A stretch of 24,433 nt of DNA. Origin: Trichodelitschia bisporula. Taxonomy: Eukaryota. The notes beneath the pieces are model-generated. The model saw nothing but the letters and a program-made list of their open reading frames with translations. It was not told the DNA's origin and searched no databases. The position numbers were made by a program, and so were the translations under genes. Below, in pieces: positions 21,679 to 24,433 of this stretch (positions within the stretch are counted from its first letter, which is position 1; each line of letters begins with the position of its first letter). Location of the stretch: assembly GCA_010356995.1 (NCBI GenBank), contig ML996709.1, positions 324,606 to 349,038 on the forward strand. Reading direction: 5' to 3'.

Positions 21679-23295
21679 TGATAAAAGGAGATGTGTGGTC
21701 AATGGAAACATCACAGCATCACAAGTTAGACCGAAGGTCTGTCCATGAACAAGTTGCTTAATTGTCAAAGAGGTGGGGATCCCGAGTCTACTTATACTCG
21801 AGCCCTGTGGCTGAAACTGGGTGAGGCTGAACAGAGCCACCGCTTTCCAACACTCCCCCTCAGACGAAACCCAGTGAAAAAGCCAGGGGTACGCTCACAA
21901 AGACACGAAACTCCCACATGGACAGACGGCCAGGCCTCGTTAAAGCCCTCTGTGAGGGAAAGAGTGCCTGGACTTACACAAGGAGGGGCGGCAGACAGAT
22001 CGAGCCTCATGGTTCCCTTCCCCCCTCACCTGGTGCGAGCCCATTCAAGACCCAATGCCTCCCTGAACTGTTCGAAGCGATCCTTTGGCGAGGTTTTTGT
22101 AAGGCCATCAACAACCTGCTTCTCTGTCGGGATGTACTGGAGGTCAATCTCTCCAGATGCCTGCTTCTCCCTGACGTAGTGGTGCTGAATGCCAATGTGC
22201 TTTGTTCTCGGGTGAAACTGCGGGTTCTTGGCCAGGGCGATTGCTCCTTGGTTGTCGCCGTAGATGACCGTGGTGGTGAGGTCGTCCCTTGCTTGGAGTT
22301 CGCCGAGGAGTGCCTGGAGCCAGATTGCTTCCTTTGTGGCCTGAGTTTGCCCCATGCACTCAGCTTCGCAGGATGAAAGTGCAACGGTGGCCTGTCGCTT
22401 CGAAGACCAGCTGATTGCTCCGCTTCCGATGTTGAAGACGTAGCCTCCCGTTGAACGCCGAGTCCCCAAGTCCCCGGCCCAGTCGCTGTCCGTGTAGCCG
22501 ACAAGGGGTTTGAGGCTTCCCTTGTACACGAGAGCCAAGTCGATGGGGCCTCTGGGGTATCGCATGATCCGCTTCACAGCCTAGATGTGTGCCTTGGTTG
22601 GGTTTGACGCGTACCGGCTACACGCGGACACAGCAAAGGCGATGTCGGGTCTGGTGCCGAGCATGGCGTACATCAGCGAGCCGATGGCTTTGGCGTACCC
22701 GGTTTTCGCAACCTCCGTAGACTGAAAGGCTTCCGGTGCTGGTTCCATTTTCTCTTGCATCGGCGTCAGGACTGGCTTTGACTCCCACATCCCAAATCCT
22801 TCAGGACCTTTTCCAGATAGCCGTGCTGGGAAAGGTGGATGGCGCGCTTGCTCCTGTCCCGCCTGATAGACATGCCCAGGGAGTATGAGCAGGGTCCAAG
22901 GTCCGACATCTCGAAGCGGCTGTTCAGAGCCTCCTTCAGCTTTCCGATGTTTTCCGAGCTGACACCGGCAATCAACAGGTCGTCGACGTACACGACAATG
23001 TACACGTTGTCCTTCACGAAGATGCCCAGGTCAGAGGAAAGGGGAGTGAACCCCAGGTCTTTGTTCATTTTGTAGGAATACTTAGCTGGTTGTGTAGATT
23101 AAGCATTCCGGGCTCATAACCTGTTGAAAGGTGATGCGTGATCAACAGAAACGTCAATGCATCACAAGTTGGACCGAAGGTCTGTCCATGAACAAGTTGC
23201 TTAATTGTCAAAGAGGTGGGGATCCCGAGTCTACTTGTACTCGAGCCCTGTGGCTGAACCTGGGTAAGGCTGAACATAGCCACCGAATTCCAACA
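21679..23295 (-). mobile_element. Internally deleted Ty1/Copia LTR retrotransposon (1.6 kb): 5' LTR 23122-23295, PBS, partial RT-RNase H, PPT, 3' LTR 21679-21852
   Basis: Two 174-bp TG...CA direct repeats, about 90% identical by manual count. On the minus strand, PBS GGTTATGAGCCC lies at 23121-23110 and PPT GAGGGGGAG at 21861-21853. No gag, protease or integrase is present. Confidence 0.9.
22026..23068 (-). pseudogene. pol: Copia pol remnant (C-terminal RT plus RNase H) with a frameshift and a stop
   Basis: Motifs [89 protein letters not shown] and RTKHI. Frameshift near 22790 and a TAG stop at 22581. Confidence 0.92.
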
Positions 23296-23486
23296 GGGAG
23301 GGATACTACAATTGAGCGATGCGCATCGTTAAGTGAGCCCTCATGCCCATTGCTCATCGTTTTACCCATCTCGTCGTTATACGCATCTCGTCGTCATGCC
23401 ATTGCTCCTCGGGTTCTCATGCTACTGCTCTTCGAGCTCTCGCCTATCACTCCTCGAGCTATCTAAGCATCGCTAGTGTGTGCAAT

Positions 23487-23661
23487 TGTTGGAATGCGGT
23501 GGCTGTGTTCAGCCTCACCCAGTTTCAGCCACAGGGCGCGAGTACAAGTAGACTCGGGGTCCCCACCTCTTTGACAATACAAGCAACTTGTTCATGTACA
23601 GACCTTCGGTCCAACTTATGATGCTGTGATGTTTCCATTTATCACACATCACCTTTTAACA
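23487..23661 (+). mobile_element. Third copy of the same LTR family (175 bp), in inverted orientation
   Basis: TGTTGGAATGCGGTGGC...CCTTTTAACA is a diverged reverse complement of the LTRs at 21679-21852 and 23122-23295. Confidence 0.9.
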
Positions 23662-24242
23662 CTACCAAGCAGAAAACCGTCACAACCTCAAGCACCGAAG
23701 CAGAACTTCTTGCTCTCACGCATGCATCGAAGGAAGTTCTCTGGTGGAAACGACTCTTTGCAAACATCGGTCTCAGTTTAGGCCATGACATCGAAATTGC
23801 AAACGACAACAGACAGACGCTTGGGCTCTTGACAAAGGAGGTACCTTTGCTCAACACCAAGCTCAAGCATGTCAGCATCCACAACCACTGGTTGCCCCAG
23901 GAAGTTCAAGCCGGAAGGGTCCGACTGAAATGGACACCCACCAAGGAGATGGAGGCAGACGGATTGACCAAAGTTCTTCCCCGTCAACGCTATGAGACAT
24001 TTTTCCAGCGAATTGGCCTTGTTGACATTGAAGCTCAATACCTTCAGGCTGGGGGGGTGTGTTAGACGGATTCCCATTTGTTACAGCCTTCTGATATTGT
24101 TGTTGGCGGAAGGTATCCAAGAGACTTGTATGAGAAAGGATTGACTTGATTGATTTTCTATCTACGAGAGAGACTGTGATTGTATATCCAAGTGATTGTC
24201 CTTTGGAATCTTCCAGCCTGTTCCCTTTTGCCACTTATTACA
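23662..24242 (+). mobile_element. 3' end of a second Copia family: RNase H fragment, PPT and probable 3' LTR (24060-~24242)
   Basis: Translation TKQKTVTTSSTEAELLAL...NDNRQT...TKLKHVSIHNHWL.QEV...MEADGLTK to the stop at 24065. G-rich tract GGCTGGGGGGTG precedes TGTTAG at 24060. The LTR end ...TTATTACA at 24242 is inferred. Confidence 0.8.
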
Positions 24243-24433
24243 AATCAAGAGCCACAGTCAGCTTCTGCTTGCCGACGCAACTGTTGATCGCGCAATGATG
24301 TGGCGAGGTTGTCGTATGCCACCGCCATCAATTGTAAGTTCCTGTATCACTTCGCGCTCAGTATCTTTGTTGCCGGTATCTGTTAGCGCTCGGGATTGCT
24401 TACTTCAGTTGTCTTGTTTCATCGTATCTTTGG

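Noticed and set aside
21679..23661. Inverted repeats read as terminal inverted repeats of a DNA transposon
   Set aside because: They are TG...CA LTRs with adjacent PBS/PPT and Copia pol. No transposase is present.

Overview
Intron-rich genomic DNA from a filamentous ascomycete with very short introns (mostly 41-49 nt) and two assembly gaps (18076-18826, 19651-20305). From left to right: a class-II glutamine amidotransferase (DUG3-like), a small secreted CFEM protein, a divergent gene pair, a PA-domain M28 aminopeptidase, a small orphan ORF with a TATA box, a fungal NLR (SesB-like alpha/beta hydrolase, NB-ARC, highly conserved 42-aa TPRs), a decayed O-GlcNAc transferase fragment and a nest of Ty1/Copia remnants. 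The divergent pair is the most interesting part. One gene encodes a ~1272-aa secreted GH55 beta-1,3-glucanase with a KR site followed by a ~390-aa hydrophobic C-terminal module ending in an apparently unpaired Cys. The other encodes a 340-aa secreted orphan whose only mature Cys is also C-terminal. This layout parallels the alpha/beta/gamma organisation of the yeast killer toxin zymocin, with a glucanase in place of the chitinase. The toxin interpretation is inference. All gene models were spliced by hand and no database searches were run.
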